Origin: Candidatus Poribacteria bacterium
GTDB lineage: Bacteria > Poribacteria > WGA-4E > WGA-3G
Length of the DNA: 64,000 nucleotides
Direction: 5' to 3'
Assembly (NCBI GenBank): GCA_963665235.2
Contig: CAXXLX010000001.1
Location: 1,376,001-1,440,000 of the forward strand
Shown: positions 1-9,565 of the stretch, piece after piece
Layout of the letters: each line of letters starts with the position of its first letter
How positions within the stretch are numbered: position 1 is the first letter of the stretch
Program-made: the position numbers and the translations under genes
Notes under the pieces: generated by a model
The model's input: the letters and a program-made list of their open reading frames with translations, nothing else
The model's database searches: none
Told to the model about the DNA's origin: nothing

Positions 1-81
1 CAAACATCCCGACTCCTAGCAGCAGCGGAATAAATAAAAAATTAAATTCTGGCCCAAATAGTGCTTCAAACATCTGAATTT

Positions 82-372
82 TTATTTCCTTTCAATAGTT
101 TGGGATGCGTGCCGGGCAGTTCGCCGATATTTTGCAACCCTGATTAAGAAAAAGGCAACAAAATTGCCTAATACAACTGCACTGCCGACCCCTGTAAGCA
201 CCAGAAATCCGCCAATCTGAAGGATACCGTTTCCGAAGGGGCAGTGCCACCCTTGAATGAGCATCGCAAGGCCGGGAATCAGCACGCCGAGGACAAATCC
301 TACGCAAGCAGCAACACCAGCAATATTCTGATATTTCTTCAATGCTGGCAATGGAACTTTAAGCATATCCAT
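82..372 (-). CDS. small hypothetical membrane protein
   Basis: 96-aa ORF with two hydrophobic segments; AGAGGA RBS upstream; directly follows the MetE-like gene. Confidence 0.7.
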   Translation of the reverse strand: MDMLKVPLPALKKYQNIAGVAACVGFVLGVLIPGLAMLIQGWHCPFGNGILQIGGFLVLTGVGSAVVLGNFVAFFLIRVAKYRRTARHASQTIERK

Positions 373-387
373 CCTCTCTACATTTGG

Positions 388-1401
388 CTATGCAAGCCCG
401 AGATATGTATCCCTACCTTGCACAAGTGCCTCTATTTTCCGGTCTACGACAGAACGTTTAAGCATCCAAAAGCCGCAGTCCGGGTGTACCCAGCCGATTC
501 GCCCGGAGCCGACCATTTTTTCTGCTTTTTCGATGCTCGCTGCGACATCATCGCGGGTTTCAATCCGGTTGACCTTCACATCAATAACGCCGATGCCAAG
601 AACGATATCCGATGTAACCGCCTTGAGTGCCGCCAAATCGGTTTCGGGTCGATGTTTCAGTTCCAGAACGAGATGGTCGCATCGGAGTGCATTCAAAAAA
701 TCGATGAGTGCTGTCCAACTCCCTTTTTGGATAACCTGTCCACCGTAGTTGCCGAAGCAGAAATGAACAGCTTTCTGTCCCTGAAACGCGTCAAGGACAA
801 TGTTAATCGCCTTAGCAGCAAGCGGTGCGTCCTCAGGATTGCCGGGTATATTCGCTTCGTCAACCTGAAGACAGGCACAATCAAGTTCAGCCGCCTGTGC
901 GGCTAACACCTCTGCTAAAGCGATGAGCAACGTTTCAAAGTCGCCGTAATGTTTATCAAGCAACGTGCGTGCAAGCATATACGGGCTAGTCACTGTAAAT
1001 TTAATGTTCCTACCAGCGGTGTTAGTAGCGCGCGTGCAATCGGCAACGAGGTTTAGTACACCTTCACCTAAGGGGCCCTCAACGACCCCCGCTGGTTTTG
1101 CCCGAAACGCCATTGTCTGCATTTGCCGGAACTCGTACCACTCCTGCCGTCCCACTTCTGCTCTCACGCCTGAAAGCGGCCTGATAAAATAGTCGATCAT
1201 TCCGTTCGTATCCGGATGATTCACATCAAAGCGATACAGTTCACCATCTGTCGGCAGTTCAATGCCATGTTGCCGCTGAATATCTACCACAACGCGTGTA
1301 GCATCAATCAGTGCCTGTTCTGTAGGCATCGCTAAAAGCCACGCCGGTGCTGGATAAGACCCAACAGTTGTGGTTAAAATTTCTGGTTTTGTAGTATTCA
1401 C
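388..1401 (-). CDS. cobalamin-independent methionine synthase II family (single-barrel core MetE-like)
   Basis: TTTVGSYP, TDGE, QVDE, HFCFGN and HPDCG Zn-binding motifs; 337 aa. Confidence 0.85.
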   Translation of the reverse strand: MNTTKPEILTTTVGSYPAPAWLLAMPTEQALIDATRVVVDIQRQHGIELPTDGELYRFDVNHPDTNGMIDYFIRPLSGVRAEVGRQEWYEFRQMQTMAFRAKPAGVVEGPLGEGVLNLVADCTRATNTAGRNIKFTVTSPYMLARTLLDKHYGDFETLLIALAEVLAAQAAELDCACLQVDEANIPGNPEDAPLAAKAINIVLDAFQGQKAVHFCFGNYGGQVIQKGSWTALIDFLNALRCDHLVLELKHRPETDLAALKAVTSDIVLGIGVIDVKVNRIETRDDVAASIEKAEKMVGSGRIGWVHPDCGFWMLKRSVVDRKIEALVQGRDTYLGLA

Positions 1402-1443
1402 CGAAGTGCCGCCTTTTCTAATCTGCCTACAAGCCGGGTGTCC

Positions 1444-2520
1444 TTAATTGCCTATAAGTTCAAAAGATTCAAGTTCAAAAACGGTTTCAACTGTCACATC
1501 GTTACGCGTCTGTGATTGCGTAAATTTGATGATACCGACATTCGGGGCAACCCACTTTTTCACGATAGTTGTATCAAGTGAAAAATCCATGCCGCCTCCA
1601 ACGTCGAACCCCCACCAGAATGACTCCTGAACCACGAAAACGTTCTCGAAAGTGCCAGCCGGCACGGTGACTGTCTCTTCAGCGAGCACCTCAAATTCGT
1701 CAATGCCCCAGCCGAGCGGAAAATTTTCAGGCGGCAGTTGCGCTTCAAAGTGAGTTGTCCATTTCGCACCTGTAATCAGTGGGAATTGGTACAAAGAGAG
1801 AAACGGTTTGAACAGCAGCGTGTCCTCCGTGCCGGAAGTCATATTTTGCGCGTGCTGAATAATGCCTATAACCTCTCCTTCTTCATTAAAATCCTTACCG
1901 AGGTAAGAGTAATTCACCACGTTCTCCAACCCTACCGCTGTGCTGGATTTCTGTAGGACAAAGCTATCAACTGTTGTCCCACCTTCTAATTGGATTTGGA
2001 TAGTATCCACGATTTCAAACGTAACCCCCGTATCCTCTAAATTATTGTCGTGCGTGGGGCCAAACCTAAGCACCGTATCTTCTAAATCATTGTCGGGCGT
2101 AGGGTCTTTAGCACTGCGGTACCGCCAGATATTTCCGACCGCGAGCGGATAATAGTCGCCCGGCCGAATTCGCCAGACGTGAATATCAAGACTACGAGTT
2201 GTGACGTTTTCACCATCGCTCACCGTCACCCGAATGTGGTGCAGCTGCTCCTCTTCAGGGGCGGTCCAAAGGGCACCCGAATCCTGTTCCACTAGCGTGC
2301 CGCCGCTAGCCCCCCAAGTGAATGTCATGAGGTCATTCTCAAGGTCATAAACCTCCAATTGGATGGCTATCTGTCCCCCCGGCGGAACAATGTTGGATTC
2401 CGCTTCGAACACTGAAACCACGGGTGCCCGGTTCGTATCGTCCGCTGCGTCCCCGCAACCGATAGCTAGGGGTAGAAGCAGAAACCAAAAAAGATTGTAG
2501 AAATAACGGACCTTTTTCAT
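1444..2520 (-). CDS. lipoprotein with Ig-like/PKD-type domain and C-terminal beta-rich domain
   Basis: lipobox LAIGC; NRAP..D.END.MTFTW Ig-like motif; YYPLAVGNIWRY, TVTVPAGTF and WVAPNVGIIK motifs. Confidence 0.7.
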   Translation of the reverse strand: MKKVRYFYNLFWFLLLPLAIGCGDAADDTNRAPVVSVFEAESNIVPPGGQIAIQLEVYDLENDLMTFTWGASGGTLVEQDSGALWTAPEEEQLHHIRVTVSDGENVTTRSLDIHVWRIRPGDYYPLAVGNIWRYRSAKDPTPDNDLEDTVLRFGPTHDNNLEDTGVTFEIVDTIQIQLEGGTTVDSFVLQKSSTAVGLENVVNYSYLGKDFNEEGEVIGIIQHAQNMTSGTEDTLLFKPFLSLYQFPLITGAKWTTHFEAQLPPENFPLGWGIDEFEVLAEETVTVPAGTFENVFVVQESFWWGFDVGGGMDFSLDTTIVKKWVAPNVGIIKFTQSQTRNDVTVETVFELESFELIGN

Positions 2521-3257
2521 GGTTCAAATCCTACACCCCGCAGCACCTCACGAGATTGAGAAGTACCGTTGCCTGTAACGTTATACGCAAACGTGTTCAT
2601 CAGCCGGTCATTTTCCGAATTGTTTGGCGCGGACCCGTGAATAATAAGGGCGTTGAAAAATACAGCGTCCCCCGGGGCCATTTCAACTGCGACCGCGTCG
2701 TCCCGTTCCTGATAGTGTCCCGGTAAAAATACGCCGAACGTTTGCTGTTTCCGTTCATGCTCCTGCAAACCCCAGTTATGGCTACCCGGAACAAATTGGA
2801 TACACCCGTTCTCTAGGTTTGCCTCACTGATGGCGAGTTGACAGTTGACCATGACCGGCTTGTTCTGGTCGTTTTTCCAATAAGCGTAATCCTGATGCCA
2901 TGGAATAGCAGTGCCATCGCCCCCTGCCTTCGGCAGCAATTTGCTGTGATAAAGCGCAATGTCCGGGCCCATCATCTGCTCAAGCACATCCAGCACGGCA
3001 TCCGAGCGAAGCAACTGATTGAGCGTAGGACTTACCAACTCGCTGTGCATAAGCTGCTTGATGCGTGGCGGATGGTCAGATGTATCATAGACCTCCCACG
3101 AAATTCCGATGCCCTGGGTAGGATTTTCTGCCATGCGGTTGTGTATATCTTCAATTTCAACCTGAATTTGCGCGACATCTGTTGACGAAACAAGGCTCTT
3201 TTTCAAGAGATAACCGTTCATTTCATAAAAATCTTTTTCTTCCGCTGTAATACCCAT
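2517..3257 (-). CDS. phytanoyl-CoA dioxygenase (PhyH) family Fe(II)/2OG dioxygenase
   Basis: WHQD, ENGCIQFVPGSH and HGSAPN.S..DR motifs. Confidence 0.9.
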   Translation of the reverse strand: MGITAEEKDFYEMNGYLLKKSLVSSTDVAQIQVEIEDIHNRMAENPTQGIGISWEVYDTSDHPPRIKQLMHSELVSPTLNQLLRSDAVLDVLEQMMGPDIALYHSKLLPKAGGDGTAIPWHQDYAYWKNDQNKPVMVNCQLAISEANLENGCIQFVPGSHNWGLQEHERKQQTFGVFLPGHYQERDDAVAVEMAPGDAVFFNALIIHGSAPNNSENDRLMNTFAYNVTGNGTSQSREVLRGVGFEP

Positions 3258-3440
3258 CTGCTTTTCCCTTAATTCAGTAAGATTTATATTTTAAAGTATA
3301 TAATAAGTTTCGCAAAAAGTCAAGGTATTTTTTTGTAATTACCGTCACTAACTAAACGTTCACCGCTGGAAAAAGGTTTACTTTTTCGCTGAATGCTGCT
3401 ACAATATCAACATATTTTTTGAAACCGAACGGAGAATCCT

Positions 3441-3794
3441 ATGGATTACACACTCAAAAATTGCCAAAAAATAGTGGATGACTGGATTCATACCATCGGC
3501 ATCCGCTATTTTTCTGAATTAACCAATACCGCCATTCTCATGGAAGAGGTCGGCGAACTTGCAAGAATTATGGCACGTCAATACGGCGAACAGAGCTTTA
3601 AAGACACCGAGCATAATCTAGACCTTGGCGAAGAAATAGCTGATATCCTATTCGTCCTCCTCTGCATTGCAAATCAAACGGGGGTTGAACTTGAGGAAGC
3701 ATTCGAAAAATCCATGGAGAAAAAGACACACCGAGATAAGGAACGTCACAGCCAAAATCCGAAACTTCTAGAAAACCTTGGAGATAAACAGTAA
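3441..3794 (+). CDS. MazG-like nucleotide pyrophosphohydrolase (YpjD-like)
   Basis: EEVGELAR and EEIADILF motifs; GGAGA RBS. Confidence 0.9.
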   Translation: MDYTLKNCQKIVDDWIHTIGIRYFSELTNTAILMEEVGELARIMARQYGEQSFKDTEHNLDLGEEIADILFVLLCIANQTGVELEEAFEKSMEKKTHRDKERHSQNPKLLENLGDKQ

Positions 3795-6511
3795 TGTTGC
3801 GCATGAGCTATAATTTTCTCACCATAACCGTACTTTTTATGCTCAGTGGGTGTGCGCTTTTCCCGAAAACACCGCCTGCTTCCCCAACTGACCCGTTGAT
3901 TGTGCGGAATCAGAAATGGCGCGAGTATATCGCCCAAGGCACTAGCGAATTAGAGAACGGCAATCTGCGAAGCGCGCTTATCGCTTACCAAGCTGCCCAA
4001 GCAATCCGTCCAGATTCCAGCCAAACGCAACATAAAATCGCTCAGATTTATTTTCAACTTGAAGAGTATGAAAACGCACGGGACGCATTTGTAGCCGCTT
4101 TGGCATTGGCACCGAACAACATCGTAGCTCTTAACGCTATCGGATACATCTCCGAAAAACTAAACGATTATGCAGCCGCAGCACAGTACTATGAACGTGT
4201 TCTCACGATTTCATCAGATAATCTCTATGCGTTGAATCACCTCGGTTTGGCATATAAACAGTTAAACCGGTTTGATGAAGCATTGACGATGCTACGAAAG
4301 GCGTTAGCACTTGACCCGAAGTGTCAGCAGCCTGAAAGTCAAAATTTACACAATTACTTGGGATTAATCTATCTCGAACAGGGGGAGGTTGGCGAAGCCA
4401 TCGCGGAACTGCGGGAATCCATTCGGTTATTTCCACAAGATGTTTGGGCAAGGCAGCAGCTCGCCTCGCTTTACGAAGACCATCAGCGGTACTTTGAGGC
4501 ACGCCTGCAATATCAGCAACTCTTGGCGGTTGACCCAGACAACCTTCTCGCCGTGACGCGGCTGCAAGCACTATCACAATTGAACCCCACACCGCTTCAG
4601 GCGGTCAAAGTCCCCCCCGTACGGCTTTTGACTCCGGCGGTTGAAGAAATTATCGAGAACGCCCCGGATGCTAGCGATTATCCAAACGCTGATGCACTTA
4701 TTCTATTCAACCACTTCAGCCATGATGTTTTGCCGACAGGGAGGTCGCGCTACACCACCCATCAGGTCGTTAAACTTCTCACGGAAAGAGGTATCCAAAA
4801 ATACGGGGACATTGCCATCCCGTATCAACCGAACGCCCAAAATATCCAAGTGAATATTGCCCGAACAATCGCAGCGGACGGCACAGAACTCCAACCGCCC
4901 GATGAGGCATTCAACGACGTAACACCCCCCGGCTTATTGGCGCGAAACCTCTATTCCGATATGATGTGGCGAGTCATCTCCATGGTTGGCCTCACACCCG
5001 GGGTCTGCATTGAATATCAGGTGACGCTTGAAGATAAAACAGAGCAGGCTGCAGGCAGCGAAACGTGGATTACGGGGGGATACAATTTCCAAGGCACAGA
5101 ACCAACCCTTGAGACAACTTACGCCCTCCGAATCCCGCAGGCATTCCCCCTCCAATGGAAATTTGATAACTCTGAATTAACCCCGAAGATATCTTACCAA
5201 GAAAATGATACCGTTGTGTATATTTGGCACACCGGTTATATGCCACCCCTGAAAATAGAGGAAGGCATGCCACCTATTAATGACATTGCACCCCGATTAC
5301 GGTACTCTACTATCGCGTCATGGAACGATGTCTATGCCTGGTATAAAGAACTCGCGAAAGATAGGTATGCCCCGGATACACACATGGCGGAAACTGTTCA
5401 GCACTTGACAGAAAATCTAACAACTGACGCAGAGAAAATTCGGGTTATCTACCACTTTGTCACGAAACAGATTCGGTATGTCGGCATTGAACTTGGCCAG
5501 AGCGCATATCAACCTACACATGCTACCGAAGTCCTTCAAAACCGATATGGAGATTGTAAAGATAAAACAACGCTTCTCATCACAATGCTGGAACTGGCGG
5601 GTATTAAAGCATACCCTGTTATGATTAGCGCAGCCCCTTACGAACGGGTTAATACCGATTTGCCTTCGCTAAACCAATTTAATCACATGCTCGCCGCAAT
5701 TCCTCTTGGCGGTGATAATTATATATGGATGGACGCAACCTCTGACACCTGTACATATCGCGACCTGCCCTATAGAGACCAAGGGCGTACCGGGTTTCTC
5801 ATAGGCGATACGCATGGCACCTTCGTCGATATACCTATCTTTCCAGCGGAATCCAATCAACTTCTGTCAACGACAGAATTATGGATAAATAGAGATGGCA
5901 ACGGACATGGCGAAATTCGCATTCGGCTGAAAGGAGAGTACAGCCAGAACGCACGTTGGACATATCAACAGGTGCCCCCGGAGGAGTGGAAAAATACCTT
6001 CGCCGCTGAACTGAGCCAGCAATTTCAGGATATTCATATCGAGGCTGTTACCATCTCCGAATTGAGCAATCTTGACGTACCGGTGGAAATCAGTATCGGT
6101 TTTCAGGTCAGTAATCACCTGACGCAGTTAGAGAACCGAAGCCTCCTTCCGTTGCCGATTGATGAGTTTGGAGATTACGCAGCTTTAGTCGCCGCAGCGG
6201 AACGGACATATCCGCTTAACATGGGGCATCCCATGAAACTTGAAAAGACAATCCAGATTCATCTGCCAGCGGGATGGACAGTCGCGCTACCGCAGAATAT
6301 ACAACACGACACAGATTTCGCAACGTTGGAAAGAGAGTGCACCCAGCTTGACAATTTAGTCTCTTACCGGCTCACCTTTACGCTCAAGCGGGGGACAATC
6401 CCTGCAACAGCATACTCAGCCGCAAAAATGTTTTTTAAACAACTATCGAGTGAAGATGGAAGCCGCTTGCTCCTAAACATAGAGAGGGACAGCGGGCAGA
6501 CGTTACAGTGA
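3794..6511 (+). CDS. TPR lipoprotein with DUF3857 and transglutaminase-like domains
   Basis: lipobox LSGC; several TPRs; IRYV, GDCKDK, FNHM and WMDAT catalytic-triad motifs. Confidence 0.85.
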   Translation: MLRMSYNFLTITVLFMLSGCALFPKTPPASPTDPLIVRNQKWREYIAQGTSELENGNLRSALIAYQAAQAIRPDSSQTQHKIAQIYFQLEEYENARDAFVAALALAPNNIVALNAIGYISEKLNDYAAAAQYYERVLTISSDNLYALNHLGLAYKQLNRFDEALTMLRKALALDPKCQQPESQNLHNYLGLIYLEQGEVGEAIAELRESIRLFPQDVWARQQLASLYEDHQRYFEARLQYQQLLAVDPDNLLAVTRLQALSQLNPTPLQAVKVPPVRLLTPAVEEIIENAPDASDYPNADALILFNHFSHDVLPTGRSRYTTHQVVKLLTERGIQKYGDIAIPYQPNAQNIQVNIARTIAADGTELQPPDEAFNDVTPPGLLARNLYSDMMWRVISMVGLTPGVCIEYQVTLEDKTEQAAGSETWITGGYNFQGTEPTLETTYALRIPQAFPLQWKFDNSELTPKISYQENDTVVYIWHTGYMPPLKIEEGMPPINDIAPRLRYSTIASWNDVYAWYKELAKDRYAPDTHMAETVQHLTENLTTDAEKIRVIYHFVTKQIRYVGIELGQSAYQPTHATEVLQNRYGDCKDKTTLLITMLELAGIKAYPVMISAAPYERVNTDLPSLNQFNHMLAAIPLGGDNYIWMDATSDTCTYRDLPYRDQGRTGFLIGDTHGTFVDIPIFPAESNQLLSTTELWINRDGNGHGEIRIRLKGEYSQNARWTYQQVPPEEWKNTFAAELSQQFQDIHIEAVTISELSNLDVPVEISIGFQVSNHLTQLENRSLLPLPIDEFGDYAALVAAAERTYPLNMGHPMKLEKTIQIHLPAGWTVALPQNIQHDTDFATLERECTQLDNLVSYRLTFTLKRGTIPATAYSAAKMFFKQLSSEDGSRLLLNIERDSGQTLQ

Positions 6512-6581
6512 GGGGGAGGGGACCTCGCCCCTACGGCACACACAAATGAAACCGGTGAGGGCGAAGAGACCTCGCCCCTAC
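6512..6581 (-). repeat. GTAG-type REP doublet
   Basis: two GGGCGA..N..CCTCGCCCCTAC units; same family at 22473, 24099 and 43458. Confidence 0.7.
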
Positions 6582-6611
6582 GACACAATTTGATGAGGAG
6601 ATTTTTAAAAT

Positions 6612-8216
6612 ATGAACGAAAACAGAAAGCCGAACATAGTTCTCATTCTGAACGACGATATGGGATTCTCCGACCTAGGCTGCTACGGCGGCGAAGTCCA
6701 TACGCCACACCTCGACCGGCTCGCCGCAGGCGGGCTCCGGTTCACGCAGTTTTACAATACCGCGCGCTGTTGTCCCTCTCGCGCCTCCATGTTAACCGGG
6801 CTACACCCGCATCAAACCGGTGTCGGCCACATGATGGGGGACGATGGCCTAGACGGATATCGTGGCGACCTCAATGACCGATGTATTACAATTGCTGACG
6901 CTGTGCATTCAGAAGGCTACGGCACATATATGAGCGGCAAATGGCATATCTCCCGACACACCGGCCCGGACGGGCCGAAACACAGTTGGCCCTGCCAACG
7001 CGGGTTTGATAACTACTACGGAATCATCACCGGGGCAGCGAACTTTTGGAAACCAAATACATTGACGCGGGATAACACGCGGATAGAGAATAGTGAACTG
7101 CCAGAAGGCTATTTCCTTACGGATGCTATCAGCGATGAAGCGGTGAAATTTATCCAGAATCATCACGATAAGAAAGCAGATAGTCCGTTCTTCACCTATG
7201 TGGCATATACTGCCCCCCACTGGCCCCTGCATGCACACGAAGAAGATATCGCCACATACAATGGACGTTTTGCAGCAGGATGGGATGAACTGCGGGAAGA
7301 ACGGTTAGCACGGATGCGTGAGATGAAAATTTTGGATGAATCGTGGCGACTCACCGAACGCGACCCGTCACAACGCCCGTGGTCTGAAGCGGAACATAAG
7401 GCGTGGAATCAACGCCGTATGGAGGTCTACGCTGCACAAATCACACGCATGGACGCAGGCATCGGACGAATTATCAATACACTCGAGGAAACAGGACAAT
7501 TGGATAACACGCTTATCCTATTCTTAGCGGATAACGGCGGTTGCGCGGAAGAACTCGGCGGCCCCCCAGCGAGACGGGATGGCGGTTCACTTATCAGCAC
7601 ACAGACCACCTCCGATGGACAACCGGTCTACCGTGGGAACGACCCCGGTATTATGCCCGGCCCTGAAACAACCTATCAGAGCTACGGCGTTCCCTGGGCA
7701 AATCTGTCCAATACACCGTTCCGTTTATACAAACATTGGGTACATGAAGGCGGTATTGCTACCCCCCTCATCGCACATTGGCCCGATGCGATAAAATCGG
7801 CCGGTGAACTCCGCCATCAACCCGGCCAGCTTCCCGATATTATGGCAACGTGCCTTGAGGTTTCAGGCGCGACATACCCCGAAGAACACAACGGTAAACC
7901 GATTTTGCCATTAGAGGGCACGAGTTTAGTCCCAACTTTCGAGGGAAATGATAACAGCAAGGATATCCTGCTTTGGGAACATGAAGGCAATTGCGCTGTC
8001 CGTCAAGGCGATTGGAAACTGGTCTGTCGATTTCCTGGCGATTGGGAGCTCTACGATTTGCAAGCGGAACGCACAGAACTCAACAACATCGCTGACAAAC
8101 ATCCGCAGAAGGTAAAAGAGCTAGACGGTTTGTACCAAGACTGGGCAAACCGCTGCTTTATCTATCCGTGGGACAAGCTCCAAGAACACCGTAGACAACG
8201 TCGGCAGCAGAGATAG
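6612..8216 (+). CDS. arylsulfatase
   Basis: DDMGFSD, CCPSRASMLTG (CxPxR), GKWH. Confidence 0.95.
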   Translation: MNENRKPNIVLILNDDMGFSDLGCYGGEVHTPHLDRLAAGGLRFTQFYNTARCCPSRASMLTGLHPHQTGVGHMMGDDGLDGYRGDLNDRCITIADAVHSEGYGTYMSGKWHISRHTGPDGPKHSWPCQRGFDNYYGIITGAANFWKPNTLTRDNTRIENSELPEGYFLTDAISDEAVKFIQNHHDKKADSPFFTYVAYTAPHWPLHAHEEDIATYNGRFAAGWDELREERLARMREMKILDESWRLTERDPSQRPWSEAEHKAWNQRRMEVYAAQITRMDAGIGRIINTLEETGQLDNTLILFLADNGGCAEELGGPPARRDGGSLISTQTTSDGQPVYRGNDPGIMPGPETTYQSYGVPWANLSNTPFRLYKHWVHEGGIATPLIAHWPDAIKSAGELRHQPGQLPDIMATCLEVSGATYPEEHNGKPILPLEGTSLVPTFEGNDNSKDILLWEHEGNCAVRQGDWKLVCRFPGDWELYDLQAERTELNNIADKHPQKVKELDGLYQDWANRCFIYPWDKLQEHRRQRRQQR

Positions 8217-8231
8217 CACGTTGTATAATTC

Positions 8232-8256
8232 GGGTGGATATGTCCAATATCCACCC
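8232..8256. terminator. hairpin between convergent genes
   Basis: GGGTGGATAT-GTCCA-ATATCCACCC, 10-bp stem. Confidence 0.6.
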
Positions 8257-8266
8257 ATACCCTAAG

Positions 8267-9364
8267 TTACGAGCTACACGGAAGCATCTTCAAACAGACC
8301 GGTGCCGGTACCTCTACAACATCTCCTGTCGCGGTCAGTTCACCGGTATCCGCATCAACCGCAAACGTAACAATCGTATCTGTTTGCTGATTGGCGGCTA
8401 GGAGAAAAGTGCCAGCGGGTGTCAATCCAAAGTTCCGTGGGGTTTTCCCTTGCGTCGATTCACAATCGATGTAATTCAACATGCCGGTATCCGCATCAAT
8501 CGCATAGATAACGATGCTATCATGCCCACGATTTGACCCGTAAACAAATTTACCAGAGGGGTGGACGTGGACATCCGCGCAGTGACTGGTACCCTCAAAA
8601 TCCTCGGGGAGCGTTGATAGTGTTTGGATTTCAGTGAGTGTTCCCGTATCCGCGTCATACCGAAACGCCGTGAACGTAGAATCCAACTCATTAATCACGT
8701 ACGCATATTTACCGCTCGGATGGAAATCAAGGTGCCGTGGGCCTGCCCCCGGATGCACCTGAGCCGAAGGTTGGGCATTAGGGATAAGTTTACCCGCCTC
8801 CAAATCCAATTGATAGATGAGGACTTTATCAAGCCCGAGGTCAGGTACAAAGGCGAAACGGTTGTCAGGGGCAATCATAATCGCATGGGCATGCGGGGCC
8901 GATTGTCGACCCGGGTTGACGCTGGAGCCGCTGTGCTGAACGAAATCGGAGGCTTCCCCAAGCCGTCCATCTTTCCCAATAGGCAGCGCAGCGACACTCC
9001 CGCCCCCGTAATTTGCTACAAGTAGATATTTGCCTGTAGCGTCTACACTCACATGGCAGGGCGCACCGCCACCCGTAGCACGTTGATTAAGATAGCTAAT
9101 CTCTCCCGTAGCCTGATGGATGTAAAACGCTGTGACCGCACCACTAGCTTGCCCCTCAAATTCACCGACTTCATTGACCGAGTAGAGATAACGACCGCTT
9201 GGATGAATATCCAAAAACGAAGGATTTTCAACGCCTATAACCTTACTCGAATATTCTAAGGCACCTGTCTCGCTATCCAAGCGATAAACGTAGATTCCTT
9301 CGCTATCGCCGTGCGTATAGGTGCCAACGTATACATAATAGTCTTGATTGTTCTCTTGAGCCAT
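8267..9364 (-). CDS. pgl: 6-phosphogluconolactonase / lactonase (beta-propeller)
   Basis: VGTYT, ANYGGGSV, PHAH, DLGLD, GAGPRH, SNRGHDS, PRNF motifs. Confidence 0.85.
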   Translation of the reverse strand: MAQENNQDYYVYVGTYTHGDSEGIYVYRLDSETGALEYSSKVIGVENPSFLDIHPSGRYLYSVNEVGEFEGQASGAVTAFYIHQATGEISYLNQRATGGGAPCHVSVDATGKYLLVANYGGGSVAALPIGKDGRLGEASDFVQHSGSSVNPGRQSAPHAHAIMIAPDNRFAFVPDLGLDKVLIYQLDLEAGKLIPNAQPSAQVHPGAGPRHLDFHPSGKYAYVINELDSTFTAFRYDADTGTLTEIQTLSTLPEDFEGTSHCADVHVHPSGKFVYGSNRGHDSIVIYAIDADTGMLNYIDCESTQGKTPRNFGLTPAGTFLLAANQQTDTIVTFAVDADTGELTATGDVVEVPAPVCLKMLPCSS

Positions 9365-9565
9365 TGTTGATATTCTCCTTTTACCGAGCCCCGGGAGGTG
9401 CGGTTTTCAAGCCACACCATCAAGCGCAAACTGTACGTTAAATTAAGACTGCTAGGAAATTTATGTTGTTTTTACAGAAATTAGTATATCACATTCAACG
9501 AGAAAAGACAAACCTTTTTTGGGCAACTACCCTGCTGCACTATCCCCGTGGGTTGAAACCCAACG

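Noticed and set aside
244-906. 220-aa plus-strand ORF
   Set aside because: antisense shadow of the methionine-synthase-like gene; no motifs
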